DNA from: Phoronis australis
Lineage: Eukaryota > Animalia > Phoronida
DNA length: 64,000 nt
Direction of reading: 5' to 3'
Assembly: GCA_002633005.1 (NCBI GenBank)
Contig: NMRA01000364.1
Span: forward strand, 305,075 to 369,074
The notes beneath the pieces were generated by a model, which was not told where the DNA came from, made no database searches, and saw only the letters and a list, made by a program, of their open reading frames with translations. This document shows, piece after piece, positions 1 to 11,545 of the stretch. Numbering within the stretch: the first letter of the stretch is position 1; each line of letters opens with the position of its first letter. A program made the translations under genes and the position numbers.

Positions 1-401
1 TGTTTTGGTTGGGAAGACCAGTAAGTGTTGAACTGAATATGCAAATTTAGCGACAAGTCATTGAAATGGCCATGTATAATTTTAAGAAAATTACAGGTAA
101 CTGCATTCCAAAGTTTTTGAAAGTAACGGGGGGTGGGTTAGGAAACTAAAACATGATATGGGTGGGGTCTGGGTTTGTGATGTGCACTTGGGAAAGCAAA
201 CTTGTTGTTTTAAAGAAGAAATCAAAGGGTTCCATTTTATGGCTCAAACCAAAACAATCGTTTTGACTTGTGGCACTGTATGGAGCTTTAAACCTTTAGC
301 AAAACAGTTTTGTGAGTCTGTGGTAGGAAACGAGCTGTAGCGTTCTCTTCATATTTCATTTAAGCATTTTGAAGTCAAATTAGTTCTGTTTGTGCACTAA
401 G

Positions 402-488
402 GTTGCCAAAATGAAGTCACAGATGGAGCAGCAGAGATTAGAAGTACAAAAGACACATACTGAGGAAACGGAAAAACTATTGGAAAAG
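402..488 (+). CDS. CEP112: CEP112 (CCDC46)-like internal coding exon: VAKMKSQMEQQRLEVQKTHTEETEKLLEK
   Basis: AG at 400-401, GT at 489; 87 nt, phase 0-0; coiled-coil; resembles the recalled human CEP112 segment 'KTHAAETEMTLEK'. Confidence 0.85.
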
Positions 489-1431
489 GTAACTCAATTA
501 TTTATTAAGTGCCATTTGGTTTGGTTTGGTTTCGTGTTCCCAGGTAATTTTTACATGGCTTGCATTTTTCGTTGTGTAATAAGCAATTTCTAATTGTGTG
601 TTACTTCCTTTAGGTTTTAATTAAATGAAATAGACTGAGGAAGAGGGAGCTGTTGGTAGTTTTAATGCAAAAAGACACTTGGTGAATTTAGGCAAAAGAT
701 TTTTGAAATTCACTTTCTTTCCTGAATAGGTATGATGATTGGCAAAGTACAGGACTGATTAATTAAATATCTTGTATTGTTGGTATTACTCGGCAGTAGT
801 ACCCCCAGGTGCAGAGTTTGTTGAAAACGATAACACTTTTGTTGTTGGGTAACTTCTTTCTCCATTTCTCGTATTGTTACTGCTGAATTGGTTCTAGCTT
901 GTGCCCGTCTCGTTTTAAAACACGCGCCTCTGCCTACATAATTTTTCTTATTATTTGTTCTCAAAAGCTACGCACACATATATCACTGGTAGTTTTTTTT
1001 AACAATGTAGCTTGGCAACTCAAACACAATCACTTCTTGTATCAATTTAATTTATTAATAACAAGTTTTCAAGCACAAGTGGTGCGGGTTTGAATCACTC
1101 TAAGCAAGTACCCCCCCCCCCTTGAAGCTGGGGGAAAACTGCACCACTTTAGTTCATATCGTGTGACTTTTCATTGAAAAATGTGCAACTAAATTAACAC
1201 TATCACTGCATTAATTCTAAAAAACAGAGACTAGAACTAAAATGCTTTTTAGGGCGTTCACTTTGCATATTATGTTTGGTGAATGAGAAGTTGTTCAATA
1301 CCACTAGCATTCCTTGTCATTAAAATATAGAGATAACTTAAGTTTAATTGATAACTCTGATATTTATGTATGGTTTATTTTAAAGTGATTCTGGCTATGT
1401 TACCAAGTGATGAAATATTGACTTTTTGCAG

Positions 1432-1494
1432 ACCAATTCAAGATTGAAAGAAATAGAAAAGGAATACACACAGAGGTTGAACAAATCTTCAGAG
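1432..1494 (+). CDS. CEP112: CEP112-like exon: TNSRLKEIEKEYTQRLNKSSE
   Basis: tttttgcag acceptor, GAG|gtaaag donor; 63 nt, phase 0-0; matches recalled human 'ANSKLKQIEKEYTQKLAKSSQ'; too short for the ORF track. Confidence 0.88.
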
Positions 1495-1997
1495 GTAAAG
1501 TTCTATCCTTGGCTATCGTTGGCACTGATTTGACACTGGGCGGGATAATTTCCTGACCTCTTGTTTTGTTAGGGGCCAACGTTTGCCCAAGGCAGGGTTT
1601 TGCCATCATTTGACTGCAGGAGATGCTGTTGAATTTATGAGTATTTCAGCGTGGATGCAATGATAAGAAATGCAACTACAAAAAATGATTGTCATCAGGT
1701 TCATTTCCTGTTTGTTTCCAGTGTTATCAGTGAAAAAATAAAAATTAGCCAATTTACCAGGGCTCCATTCTTTTCTGCAAGCAGGGTCTAATCTTTGTAC
1801 TTGAAATCAAACTCGAAATTTTTTTTTGGCATTTTCCATTCTATTTGAATTCCAACTCAAGATAAAGAGTCTACAATGCTGTGCTCGAGTATGTTTTAGT
1901 TGCTGCTCAAGATCTTGAGTTTCTACACAAATTTGTCGCTCAGATCTTCGGGTCGTCAAGTGCAAACATGGACTAGAAACTCGAGCATAGAGTTATA

Positions 1998-2232
1998 TGA
2001 AAAAAATAATTGCAGGCGGTCTTATACATGTTGTACCAGATGTGCACAGACCGAGCATGTGGGCCTATTGCTCTGATCACCTGGAACCATTTTTATGCTT
2101 AGTTAAAACCGAGCTGAGGAGCTTGAAATGTCACTCAAGGGTCTAGCAATGTGACCCTGTGGGACTCAAACCCATGACCTTGAGTAAAGAAAGCGGACAC
2201 CTATCACACTAAGCCACACTGCCTCCTCAGCG
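1998..2232 (-). mobile_element. tRNA-derived SINE, copy 1
   Basis: tRNA-like head with B-box-like GGGTTTGAGTC on - strand; flanked by 10-bp direct repeat TAGAGTTATA (1988-1997 and 2233-2242); homologous along its length to 3484-3705. Confidence 0.75.
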
Positions 2233-2867
2233 TAGAGTTATAAACATTTATCTTAAGTTTGTATCAAAGTAGAAAATAAAATCTTGAAAATTAAATTCGA
2301 TTTCTTGTGCAGAGATTAGACCTTAGACACCGAGAAATAGTTATGAACCAAAAAATGGAAGATGTGTCCACTGGATACCAATGTTTGGAAGTGTAGGCTG
2401 GTCACTAAAGGATTGTTAGCAACAAAAGCTGTGAAAGTTTGAATTAAAAGTAAAAATTTTGATTCGAAATATGATTGAGAATTCCGTAATTTGTCATAGC
2501 TTCTGTTGCTAAAAGTGTCGTTCAAATTTCCTTCATTTACATTTCTAAACAGTTGTGCTTACACAGAAAGTGCATTTTTCCATTGTTTCTTTCTGATTAG
2601 TGTTTCAAGGATAATCACCAAGTAATCTACTGGTGATATCAGGCACCTGTGTCGCTATAATGCCATAACTTCATTACCTTTTTCACAAATTCCAAACAAA
2701 GACTTTTGACCAGTCGTGAGTTTGATCAAGTCTCTGTTTAGACTCTTTGGGACTCCTTGAAATAGGCTCCAGAGCCACTGAAAAGTTAGGAGTCAGAGTT
2801 AATGTAGCTTGGATATCTATGATGTTATTTACAAAATACATCTGTGTTTCTAGTAGAGTTGTCTCCA

Positions 2868-2949
2868 TAACAACAACAACCATTGTAACAACAACAGCAA
2901 CAGTAATAACAGCAACAACAACAACAGTAATAACAACAACGGTAATAAC
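2868..2949. repeat. (AAC/AAT/AGC)n compound microsatellite directly upstream of a CEP112 splice acceptor
   Basis: Visible acaacaacaac/acagcaac/gtaataac triplets. Confidence 0.9.
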
Positions 2950-2966
2950 CATGGTGTAATTTGCAG

Positions 2967-3116
2967 AGTATATCAGAGCTTCAGAAGACAACAGAGAGGC
3001 TGAGACAGGAGAGAGATAACTTGAGGGCCGAGAAGGAGAAAGCATTGTCAGAACATTCCAGTAGACATGAGGATGAGAAGAAGACACTGCGGAGAGCGCA
3101 CTCTGGACAGTTACTG
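2967..3116 (+). CDS. CEP112: CEP112-like exon: SISELQKTTERLRQ...HEDEKKTLRRAHSGQLL
   Basis: ttgcag acceptor, CTG|gtgagt donor; 150 nt, phase 0-0; coiled-coil with EDEKK motif as in human CEP112. Confidence 0.88.
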
Positions 3117-3483
3117 GTGAGTGAGGAGGCATGGTACTGTTTTAAAGAGACATTGTCAGTTTTTGGTGAAACTGGCTAAGTCAACCGTAGACTGAATTTT
3201 AACCAAAAGACAAAAGCAGACCCCTGGGGTATGTTTCATGAAAAGTGACCGCACAACTTATTTCCAAAGAAATAGACTGAACTCTCTTCAGTATAGTACA
3301 AAATCTCTTAGAATGTTCTCATTAAGTGGGTGCTTCACACAATATTAACTGCATTTCGTAAGATAGGCCTCTAGTTCGTTGCATTGTCCAAATCTGAACA
3401 ATGCAAACTTCTGTATATTTCTCAAGTTTGTTTCTGGTTTCAGTTTTACTGCCAAAAACTAACATCACACATACCTTATGTTT

Positions 3484-3705
3484 TGAGGAGGCAGTGTGGG
3501 CTAGTGTCTGCTTCCTGTACTCAAGGTCGTGGGTTCGAGTCTTAATGCACGCTGCTAGACTTTTGAGTCAGGTCTTTAAGTCCTCAGGTTCGTTTTTAAC
3601 TGTATATTAATAAATATGGTTACAGTTGATCAGTGCATTGGGCCCACCTGAGTGGCCTGCGCATGTCTGGTACAACGTACACCAGACTGCCTGCAATTAT
3701 TTTTT
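3484..3705 (+). mobile_element. tRNA-derived SINE, copy 2 (same family as copy 1, opposite orientation)
   Basis: TGAGGAGGCAGTGTGG head, B-box GGGTTCGAGTC at 3531-3541, shared 3' end GCCTGCAATTATTTTTT. Confidence 0.75.
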
Positions 3706-3718
3706 ACCATTTTTATAG

Positions 3719-3808
3719 AACGTCCAGCAAGAGGTTGAATCTCAGAAAACTAAAGTACGCCAGCTGGAGAAGAGAGTTCAGAATCAAGAGGCTGATTATG
3801 AAGACAAG
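3719..3808 (+). CDS. CEP112: CEP112-like exon: NVQQEVESQKTKVRQLEKRVQNQEADYEDK
   Basis: ttttatag acceptor, AAG|gtaccg donor; 90 nt, phase 0-0; keeps frame between flanking exons. Confidence 0.85.
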
Positions 3809-3879
3809 GTACCGTACACAGCGCAGGAATCTGTCTTTAGAAGATAGTAAATGTATGATTATAAACACAAAAAGTCAGG

Positions 3880-3950
3880 AACCCCAACTGGGAACTGAAC
3901 CACATGTCTCTAGATTGCTGGTCTAGTGCTCTTACCATTGAGCTACTGAG
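3880..3950 (-). mobile_element. tRNA-like SINE head or tRNA pseudogene fragment
   Basis: Reverse complement reads TAGCTCAATGGTAAGAGCAC (A box/D arm) ... GGTTCAGTTCCC (B box); the acceptor stem does not pair cleanly. Confidence 0.5.
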
Positions 3951-4653
3951 GTTGATTCTTGAATGCATTTTCTAATCAAGATCGTCTTGTCTTAAGTAAG
4001 GTAAGGTAATCCCAGGCTCTTGTCCCTGCTTATTTTGAATTAGGGAAAATAAAAAGGCAGTGTTATGTTATCATGTTATGTAGGTCCTGGTTCTATAACG
4101 GAGCAGCTTGTTTTACATGTTTCAGCTGCTAGCAGCAAAAACGCTAGTAAACAGTCACATGAGCCACTTTGGTAACACTATGCTGGAGGTTTGAGTTTCG
4201 CCAAAACTACTTGTATTTTCGCGACCACCTTAAATTATAGCTTGATGTTTCACTTCAAAGGATGCACATGTGCAAGAATAAGAGGCCTTTGTTGTGTTGT
4301 TGCGATGTCAGAGAGTGGCCGTGTTTTGAAGTCAATTTTCGTTAAAAAGCATTTTCAGGTGGTGAGGAAACAAACCAGCTGCTGGCGAAAATAACCTTTT
4401 TATGGACAGCTCATCTGTCTGGCTAAAACACAAACATTTTCTCAATTGTTTTAGCCTGTGAAACTGCTAGCATATTCGCCTTTCCTGCGAGCCTAGTATA
4501 TGTTTACGCACTGAACACTGAGGCTATTTTATTTAAGAAACTTAGATTTTAACAGAATTAAGCAACAAAGTTAAAGATTTTTAATTGCTGAAAGAAGAGA
4601 AAATTGATACGTTTTCATTTTTATAAAACTGTAAAGTCAACAGAGACTTGGAC

Positions 4654-4830
4654 TTAAAGTGGGATTAAACCCGAGTCTTCTGTCAAAAAGCACGCTTTAA
4701 GAGACCATTTCAGGAGTTGAGATCACTTCTAACCTGAGTAAGGAACAAGGTATTAAGAGCATAAGCATTTACTGGTCCAAATCAAAACTTGCATTTTTTG
4801 ACAGAAAGCCCGAGTTTATTGTCACTTTAA
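4654..4830. mobile_element. MITE with TTAA flanks and ~45-bp imperfect TIRs (Kolobok-like)
   Basis: ttaaAGTGGGATTAAACCCGAGTCTTCTGTCAAAAA ... TTTTTGACAGAAAGCCCGAGTTTATTGTCACTttaa; a TTAA TSD with RR termini is typical of Kolobok. Confidence 0.7.
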
Positions 4831-5206
4831 AAGAGAAGATGCAAAATACTGTTATCGGTTTGTGCTATTCTGATGGTTTTGACTTCCATTTTCACTGTTC
4901 TCGTACTTACCAGTAAGAATACATTTCTTCTGCTGGAAATTTTCCTTGTGACAATTGTTATGTTGAATGAGCAAGCAATAACTTCAACCAAATTCGAACG
5001 CTAATCAAGTATCTTTTTTCAAAGATTTCACTGTGGTAGTGGTTGATATCTGCGGATGCCAAAAATTCCTATGTTGATTAGACTCTTGGAGTGCGAAGTT
5101 GCTTCTTGTTTCAAAGATTTTTCCCTACCAGGTCATGATTATTTTCTCTCAAATAGTTAAATGTTGGTGCAAAGTTCCCTCATTTTTTTGTCTTTTATAT
5201 CCTCAG

Positions 5207-5419
5207 CTGACCGAGCTGCGACTGGAGTACGAGAGTAAGATGAAAGGCCTGATGCCTCTGGCCATGAGGCAAGAGCTAGAGGATACTATCACATCTCTCA
5301 AGGCACAGATCAAGTCTCTCCAACAGAGGGCGCTGGTGCTACAGGAAGAGCTGGAGGCTCAGAGCAGATTCTCAACCACTCCTTTTGCTGCCATGTCAAC
5401 GCCAATCAAGTCACCGTGA
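5207..5419 (+). CDS. CEP112: CEP112-like terminal coding exon: LTELRLEYESKMKGLMPLAMRQELEDTITSLKAQIKSLQQRALVLQEEL...KSP*
   Basis: Polypyrimidine tract and cag acceptor; strong match to the recalled human C-terminus 'YETKLKGLMPASLRQELEDTISSLKSQVNFLQKRASILQEEL'; TGA at 5417-5419. Confidence 0.92.
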   Translation: MTELRLEYESKMKGLMPLAMRQELEDTITSLKAQIKSLQQRALVLQEELEAQSRFSTTPFAAMSTPIKSP

Positions 5420-6287
5420 CGACCACTACCTTCATCAGGGCACCAAGTTAATCGTCACAATATTTTGCTAGGAAGGAACGTTGTGGTCTCGTTTGAATGA
5501 AACTTCACTTCCAAGCTCATTTTTTCCAGCTGTTTTCATGTAAAGTTCGGTAAAGTGATCCACTACAAGTTTATCATATTTCCGGTGTAAGCTGTTCAAA
5601 AATCTTCATTTATTGCATTTTTGTCGGGAGTTCATCATGAGACTGGTCGATCTGCACGAAGTGATAAATGAGTCAGCATTAACGTTTCGTGTTTTGTACA
5701 TCAAAACCCAGGGGACAATGAGTTTCATTTTCTTCCTTATACCTTAAGTTTTGACCACATGAAAGTTTCAAAGAGGAATTTACTTAGTGCAGGGATGTCA
5801 TTTTTGCTGCTCAGATGTAGAGTTCTGTGTTTATGAAGGCACTTGACGAGCACCACGAATACAAAGGCTGTTTTATGATGTGTCGGCGTGTGAACATGAC
5901 TGTGATGTTAATTCCTTTTGTAAAATCAGCCTGTCCGTTGCGTAATTCCTCGAGAATCACTGCATTCTCATTTCATGTTGTGTTGAAATGCCCATCGAGT
6001 GCCTTTGATGATGTAGCATCACAGTCGGGGGCAGAGTCACCCCCCACCCTTGCTGCGTTAGCTTCCATCAGCACATGTGTGACACCTGCTGGTTATGTTA
6101 ATAAATAACAGAGATTACTGCACGCTGTTTATGAAGATATTAAGAAAGCGAGTGCTGCTGATTAATTACTCAAAGTATAGTATTGCTTGTTTTGTGTCGT
6201 GTTTGCGAAGTTATCTCCTGCAGGGTAATAAGTTCTTGTCCTTTAAACAGATGGTGTTTCATAAAGTGGTCCGATCGAGTCTTGTAG

Positions 6288-6554
6288 CATAAATTATCAG
6301 ATATTGTTGATGTCATAAATTATCAGATATTGTTGATGTCATAAATTATCAGATATTGTTGATGTCATAAATTATCAGATATTGTTGATGTCATACATTA
6401 TCAGATATTGTTGATGTCATACATTATCAGATATTGTTGATGTCATACATTATCAGATATTGTTGATGTCATAAATTATCAGATATTGTTGATGTCATAA
6501 ATTATCAGATATTGTTGATGTCATAAATTATCAGATATTGTTGATGTCATAAAT
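6288..6554. repeat. 26-bp minisatellite, 10 full copies (CATAAATTATCAGATATTGTTGATGT)
   Basis: Head-to-tail units with no spacers; units 5-7 share one A>C variant. Confidence 0.97.
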
Positions 6555-8457
6555 CTGTTAGGTTAGCACGGAAGGTGCTTATCACATAGGTGTTATTTAG
6601 TTAACCACATCAAATGGTGCTGGCATAGTCATGTGTATTATTGGCTTTTGTGTAAATGATAAATTATATGACAATGTGTTAATTTTTGTTTTAATTGATG
6701 AAATTGTTTTCAGTGAATTGAAATTATGTGCCGCATGCTCGCGAATGTACTTTAAGTATTCGTATTAGAGAGTGGGAATATGTAAATGCATTGTTTCATT
6801 TGTCATTTATGTTTGAACTGTTGGTCTGTGGCGGAAAATCTATGTAGTCGCTGTAACGTCAATGGTCTCATTAATCAGTCGAGTCAGGCAGTTTTAACAG
6901 ACATGATCTGTAATTCCAAGAAGTTCCATTTTTTTCCACCATGGCTCGTGCAACAGAGGTCAAGAATCAGTGCGTGCAGTTGTGTTTGCGTGCGTGTGGT
7001 TTGTGCCGTGAGGGACAAAACATATCTGTTAGTACAATGGACCTTGTGTTGCATTCAGTCGTGTTTTGTGGCCTGGGTTTCTTTTTTGTACTTGAAATTG
7101 AATTCAAAGTCATTTTTTGACATTTTCTGTTCTATTTTTGTGCTAAAGCAAGGTGCATGTGTTTTGTGGTAAAAAAACATTATGGTTAATGTGAAGGAGT
7201 CCTATATGGCATTGGATGACCCCAGCATTGTAGATATAACTTTGAATTAGAATTCGAAAATTCAAGTTTTTATTCAAAATCAAGTGCAAAGTTGGACTAG
7301 ACATTCATCTGCTTAAACCAAAATATTCTCAAGCACACAAAAATAAACACTTGCTTTGAGATCGTATTGATGCAGCACGGAAAATGTCAAAAATTACTTT
7401 GGGGACAGAGATTATAATTTTTTTCTGATTTTTTCAATAAGTCGGTTTCTCAGCATTATTTATTGGTGTAACATTGCTTATATGCATGGAAAATAGTTCG
7501 CAGATTCCTCTTGTATTTCACGATGGTTGTTTTTATTTGTATTTCCTGTTTAGAGGTATGAAACATCTTTGCCCGTGATTCCAATAGGGACTCAACTGTT
7601 TGCCTTAACTTTTCATTGCTTTTGTGGACTTTTTAAACACCGATTGTCCTTCCTTATGCTGTTTTATTTCATTTACTAAGTCAATTTTTGACTTTAATAC
7701 AAACCCAGAGACAAAACCTCCGTTGAGTTCTCAATATCGAAAGTAGATAGGGATCTTTTCATGCAACGCCCCTAATTTAAGGACAAAGTCCCTGTTCCTT
7801 TCACTGAAATAAGGGTTCAGTTCTTGGATTCTTTTTATGTCTTTAGTCAAAGGTGAGCCCATAATAAAGATAATTTGATAGAAAAACATGACATTTTTAG
7901 TTAACAGACGCAAACACCCGAGAGATTTAGGGAGCTTAGTTGAGTCTCTCCGTGGGGTTGTCTTGCAACCAGCCACAGGGATGTTTTAAACCCACTGCCT
8001 CCTTTAATGTGATGGGATGTAATCATGTTTCTATACTTCACAGGGTTGTCTATCCCCATCTTAGTTTATTTGTTTGTTCATTTGTACAAAGAATTGTAAA
8101 TAGATTATTTATTGTTATGTGTATTATAGTTTTAACCAAATATATGTGGTGTAGTGTTAACAGTCATAAATCAGTGGCCATAAACGTTTTTAATACTTGT
8201 GACATGATTTACTCATACTCTACAAGTGAAGCTATTGTTGGAAGTTATTAGAATTTGGATAAATTTATTGGGTAGCTTTTTGTGATTAGCATATTCAGAA
8301 CACTAGAGGCGTTGCCTGTATTAGCTGAAATACACATGCCTAAAACATTGATTTTTTAAGTGACAAAGATTTCACTATGAATTTGCATTCTTACAATTCT
8401 GTACGCAACATTAAGATAATTTAGCTGTCAGAGGAATATCCTTGTGTTGAGTGAGTA

Positions 8458-8463
8458 AATAAA
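8458..8463 (+). terminator. Candidate distal poly(A) signal of CEP112
   Basis: AATAAA followed by T/GT-rich sequence; another AATAAA near 6100 is an alternative. Confidence 0.3.
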
Positions 8464-8599
8464 GAACAGTGAGTCAATTTTGTCTGTATTTATTTTTCAA
8501 CAAAGTGTAAAGGTGTCTGATTTTCCTTTGTATAAAGTTACCAGTGTACAACTTATCCAAATCCAGTTAACGCCAGTTTCCGACAGGGAGTACTTTTTG

Positions 8600-9890
8600 C
8601 TCATTATGCGCCCACATATTTATATGTGGACGCATCATACCGTCATCTCCGACCGTCCAGACGGCGTCCGTCCGGCGTCCGCTGCTCTATCTCCAAAACC
8701 CTGTGACTTACGTTCATGAAATTTGGCACATATGTTCCATTCATGAATGGGACGGCATGAGCGAACTTTCGGACGGATCCGACTACCGGTTTGCCCCCTA
8801 GTGGCAATTTTAGTTTTTTACGCTTACCTTTGTATCTTCAAAAGTCCTGAATGGATTTTCATGACATTCGGTATGTGGGCACCTGTTAGTGAGATGGTGC
8901 TATCCTCCCATTTTCGGATGGATTTGATGTAGTTTGCGCCACCTAGTGGCCACTTTTACTGTTTTTGAGTCGGTTTTTTGCGTCCACCCCTCTAGTATCA
9001 ACCAAACGGCGCTCAAAGGATGATTGTGAAAATTGTCATGTATGTGCTTACTATGAAGAGGATGGTTGACGATGATTTTCCGACGATTTCGACTACTGTG
9101 GCGCATCGTAGTGGCAGTTTTGTTTTTGTTGCGCCTATGGCTGTATCTCCTAAACCGTTCCCAGGATCTTAATTTAGCAAGTGTATAATGATGTTGGCTA
9201 CGGATGACGACGACTTTCGGACACATCTGACTACTGCTGTGTCCCCTAGTGGCAATTTTAATTTTTTTTTTACGTTTAACTCAGTATCTTCAAAGGTCTT
9301 CAACAGATTTTCATAAAAATTTAAATATAGGCATCTATTGGTGTGATGACGCTATCTTTCTGTTTTATGGATGGAATCGAGGTATTTTGCACCACCTAGT
9401 GGCCATTTTTTGCTGTTTTCAAATCTTGTTTTTGGTGTCCACCCCTGGATCAACCAAATCATTTGAAAATTGGCATATATGTTCTCGGTGTGAAGATGAC
9501 CTTTGATGATGGTGACTGACTAGTGTGACACCTCCTAGTGGTAGTTTTTTTTTCTCGCCCATAGTTGTATGTCCTAAAGCCACTGCAGGATCTTAACTAA
9601 ATTTAGTAAGTGTATTTATATGAATATAACAACAAACGACGACGACTTTCAGGCGGATCCAACGGACACTAAGCCCACTAGTGGCAATTTCATTTTATTC
9701 TGTTTTCCTTTGTTTCCCTGAAGTTCCTTGACAGATTTTTATGAAATATGGCATGTTTCTGTTTTTGAATGGATTGTATGTTTTTGAGCCATCTAGTGGC
9801 CATTTTTATGATACAAATAAATAACCATAAAAGCACACCATTTGCAATGCATTCGTGGGCGCATTTCAACGCTCCGCGTTGCTCTTGTTT
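8600..9890 (+). mobile_element. Non-autonomous Helentron/Helitron2 (HINE/DINE-1-like) element with internal tandem repeats
   Basis: 5' subTIR ATGCGCCCAC (8606-8615) with nearby inverted copy GTGGACGCAT (8626-8635); (GTCC)-type microsatellite; ~145-bp internal repeats; 3' subTIR GTGGGCGCAT (9855-9864); hairpin CAACGC-TCC-GCGTTG; CTTG-TTT end. Confidence 0.8.
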
Positions 9891-11364
9891 CACTTGGCGT
9901 GTCCAAAAAATGCTCAGACTCGTGTACTAATTTAAGATTCAATTTTCTGTTCTCGAATTCCACCGTTACTGCAACTTAAAGTTTTAATTGGGCTTTTTAT
10001 ATGTAATGCATTTTGCATAATCAAGTAGCAATGCTGTTCGAGATTTATATATCAAATTTGATATTCATTAGCATATATAATAAAAATATAACTCAGTCAG
10101 ACACATTAGAACTCCTACGTACTTGAATCAATATTTTGCCTCTATTCCTACATAAAACCCAAAATTTCAATTCTCCCATCCAATAAATTGTCATCAAAAG
10201 CATTATCAGAATTGTCTCTTCTCATAAGTACAACGAAATATTAGTCTCTGCTCCAACTGGAATAGAAACCCACCCTCTGCAAGCATTATCCAGGTTTTTC
10301 ATGAATTTCACAATTAGTAACTACGTTCCAAATTGTCCTATTTCCAACTGCCTCTTGCATCATGGATGGCGCAGCCGCAGCACTGAGAAAAGTGCCGCTC
10401 ATGTACATGTATGCAATAGCACCTAGACACTTCTTTTCCCAGAAACCCAGAGCTGTGTCCGTCCACTTCCTGTTTCCTGCTGTGTCGGTGGTTAGTGTTG
10501 CTAATTTGTTATCTCATGGTGTGTTTTCTCTTCTCTTTTGTGCATTTTAATTATTTTTATTGATTTTTTTTGTAAATTTACGCAAAGGGTCAAAAACCTT
10601 TAGGTCTTCTAGTTTAATTTGAAATTTATTAAGCATTTAGTGATGTCTCTCTATCGCTATCTATATGATTTAAATTTAACGTGCGTCGTTTACGTTTCTC
10701 TGAATGCCGAATGTGTTTATTTCAAGCACTTGTTTCACTTCACTTAGAAAAGTAATTTGATTAGGCCATTGCGCTCGAAACTTTTTCAGTTTGCACTCAC
10801 GTCCAATTACGCAGCAATTAAACAATACTAATCGTCAAAATTAATCAGCAAACGCTCCACTTACTTTGGCGTATATGATCAAACGAAATGACCATTAACC
10901 ATCGCGACAACAAGTGCAGGCAAGTAATTTAATAACAAACACGACCACATGTATAATTATTTCATAGCTCGTGGTCTCGATTTTTATGGAAATACACCAA
11001 TCTATGCATGCTCGTCCCGTGCCTATTTGCATGCAAGCTTTAAGTTAGTTTGACCATAACATTATATTGATACAGCAAATGATCTTGGCTAATAGATTTT
11101 ACTCCGAAGATAGACCATTCGTCTTACACGTCTTTTGTTCTAAAACTGTTGTGATCATCCGTTTTAACAAGATCTCAATTCGTTTTCTTGAAACCTTCAT
11201 GTGATAATAAAACTTAAGCCTGGGCGTGGCTTACATTAATTGGACACACCAGCTTCAGGCAAATAAGCTGCTTGGCCTGGTTATAGCTAGCTAAAAACGA
11301 AAACCAAATGACGCCTTTTACTTTCATAAAATAGGACTCATTTTACCGTGACAGGATTCCATTT

Positions 11365-11545
11365 CCGTCCCACTCAAGTCACAGGCAATGCGCACGTGCG
11401 GCATTTTCGAATTCGCAATATTATGGTTGGCCAACCCCAATAGACTCTGAAGCGTTTTAATTTATTTTTTTGAGTCACTGATGGATTCATTGTTAATTCT
11501 TGTTGGCAACGGAAATAGATTCCTATCACTATGAGACCGATTTTT
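11365..11545 (+). repeat. Dispersed repeat, copy A (related to 24165-24345)
   Basis: Shared GTTGGCCAACCCC...CTCTGAAGCGTTTT and GGAAA...ATTCCTATCAC blocks in the same order. Confidence 0.55.

Noticed and set aside
1-26. GTAAGT at 21 as the donor of an upstream CEP112 exon
   Set aside because: The phase-0 translation (FWLGRP) does not resemble the expected coiled-coil sequence, and there is too little context
2683-3132. 149-aa minus-strand ORF with a Val/Thr-rich 'TM-like' stretch
   Set aside because: Antisense of a CEP112 exon plus a microsatellite
6288-6554. CRISPR-like array
   Set aside because: No unique spacers, eukaryotic context, no cas genes; it is a minisatellite
10130-10600. Possible LINE remnant or promoter fragment
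   Set aside because: No recognisable RT/endonuclease motif or termini could be read
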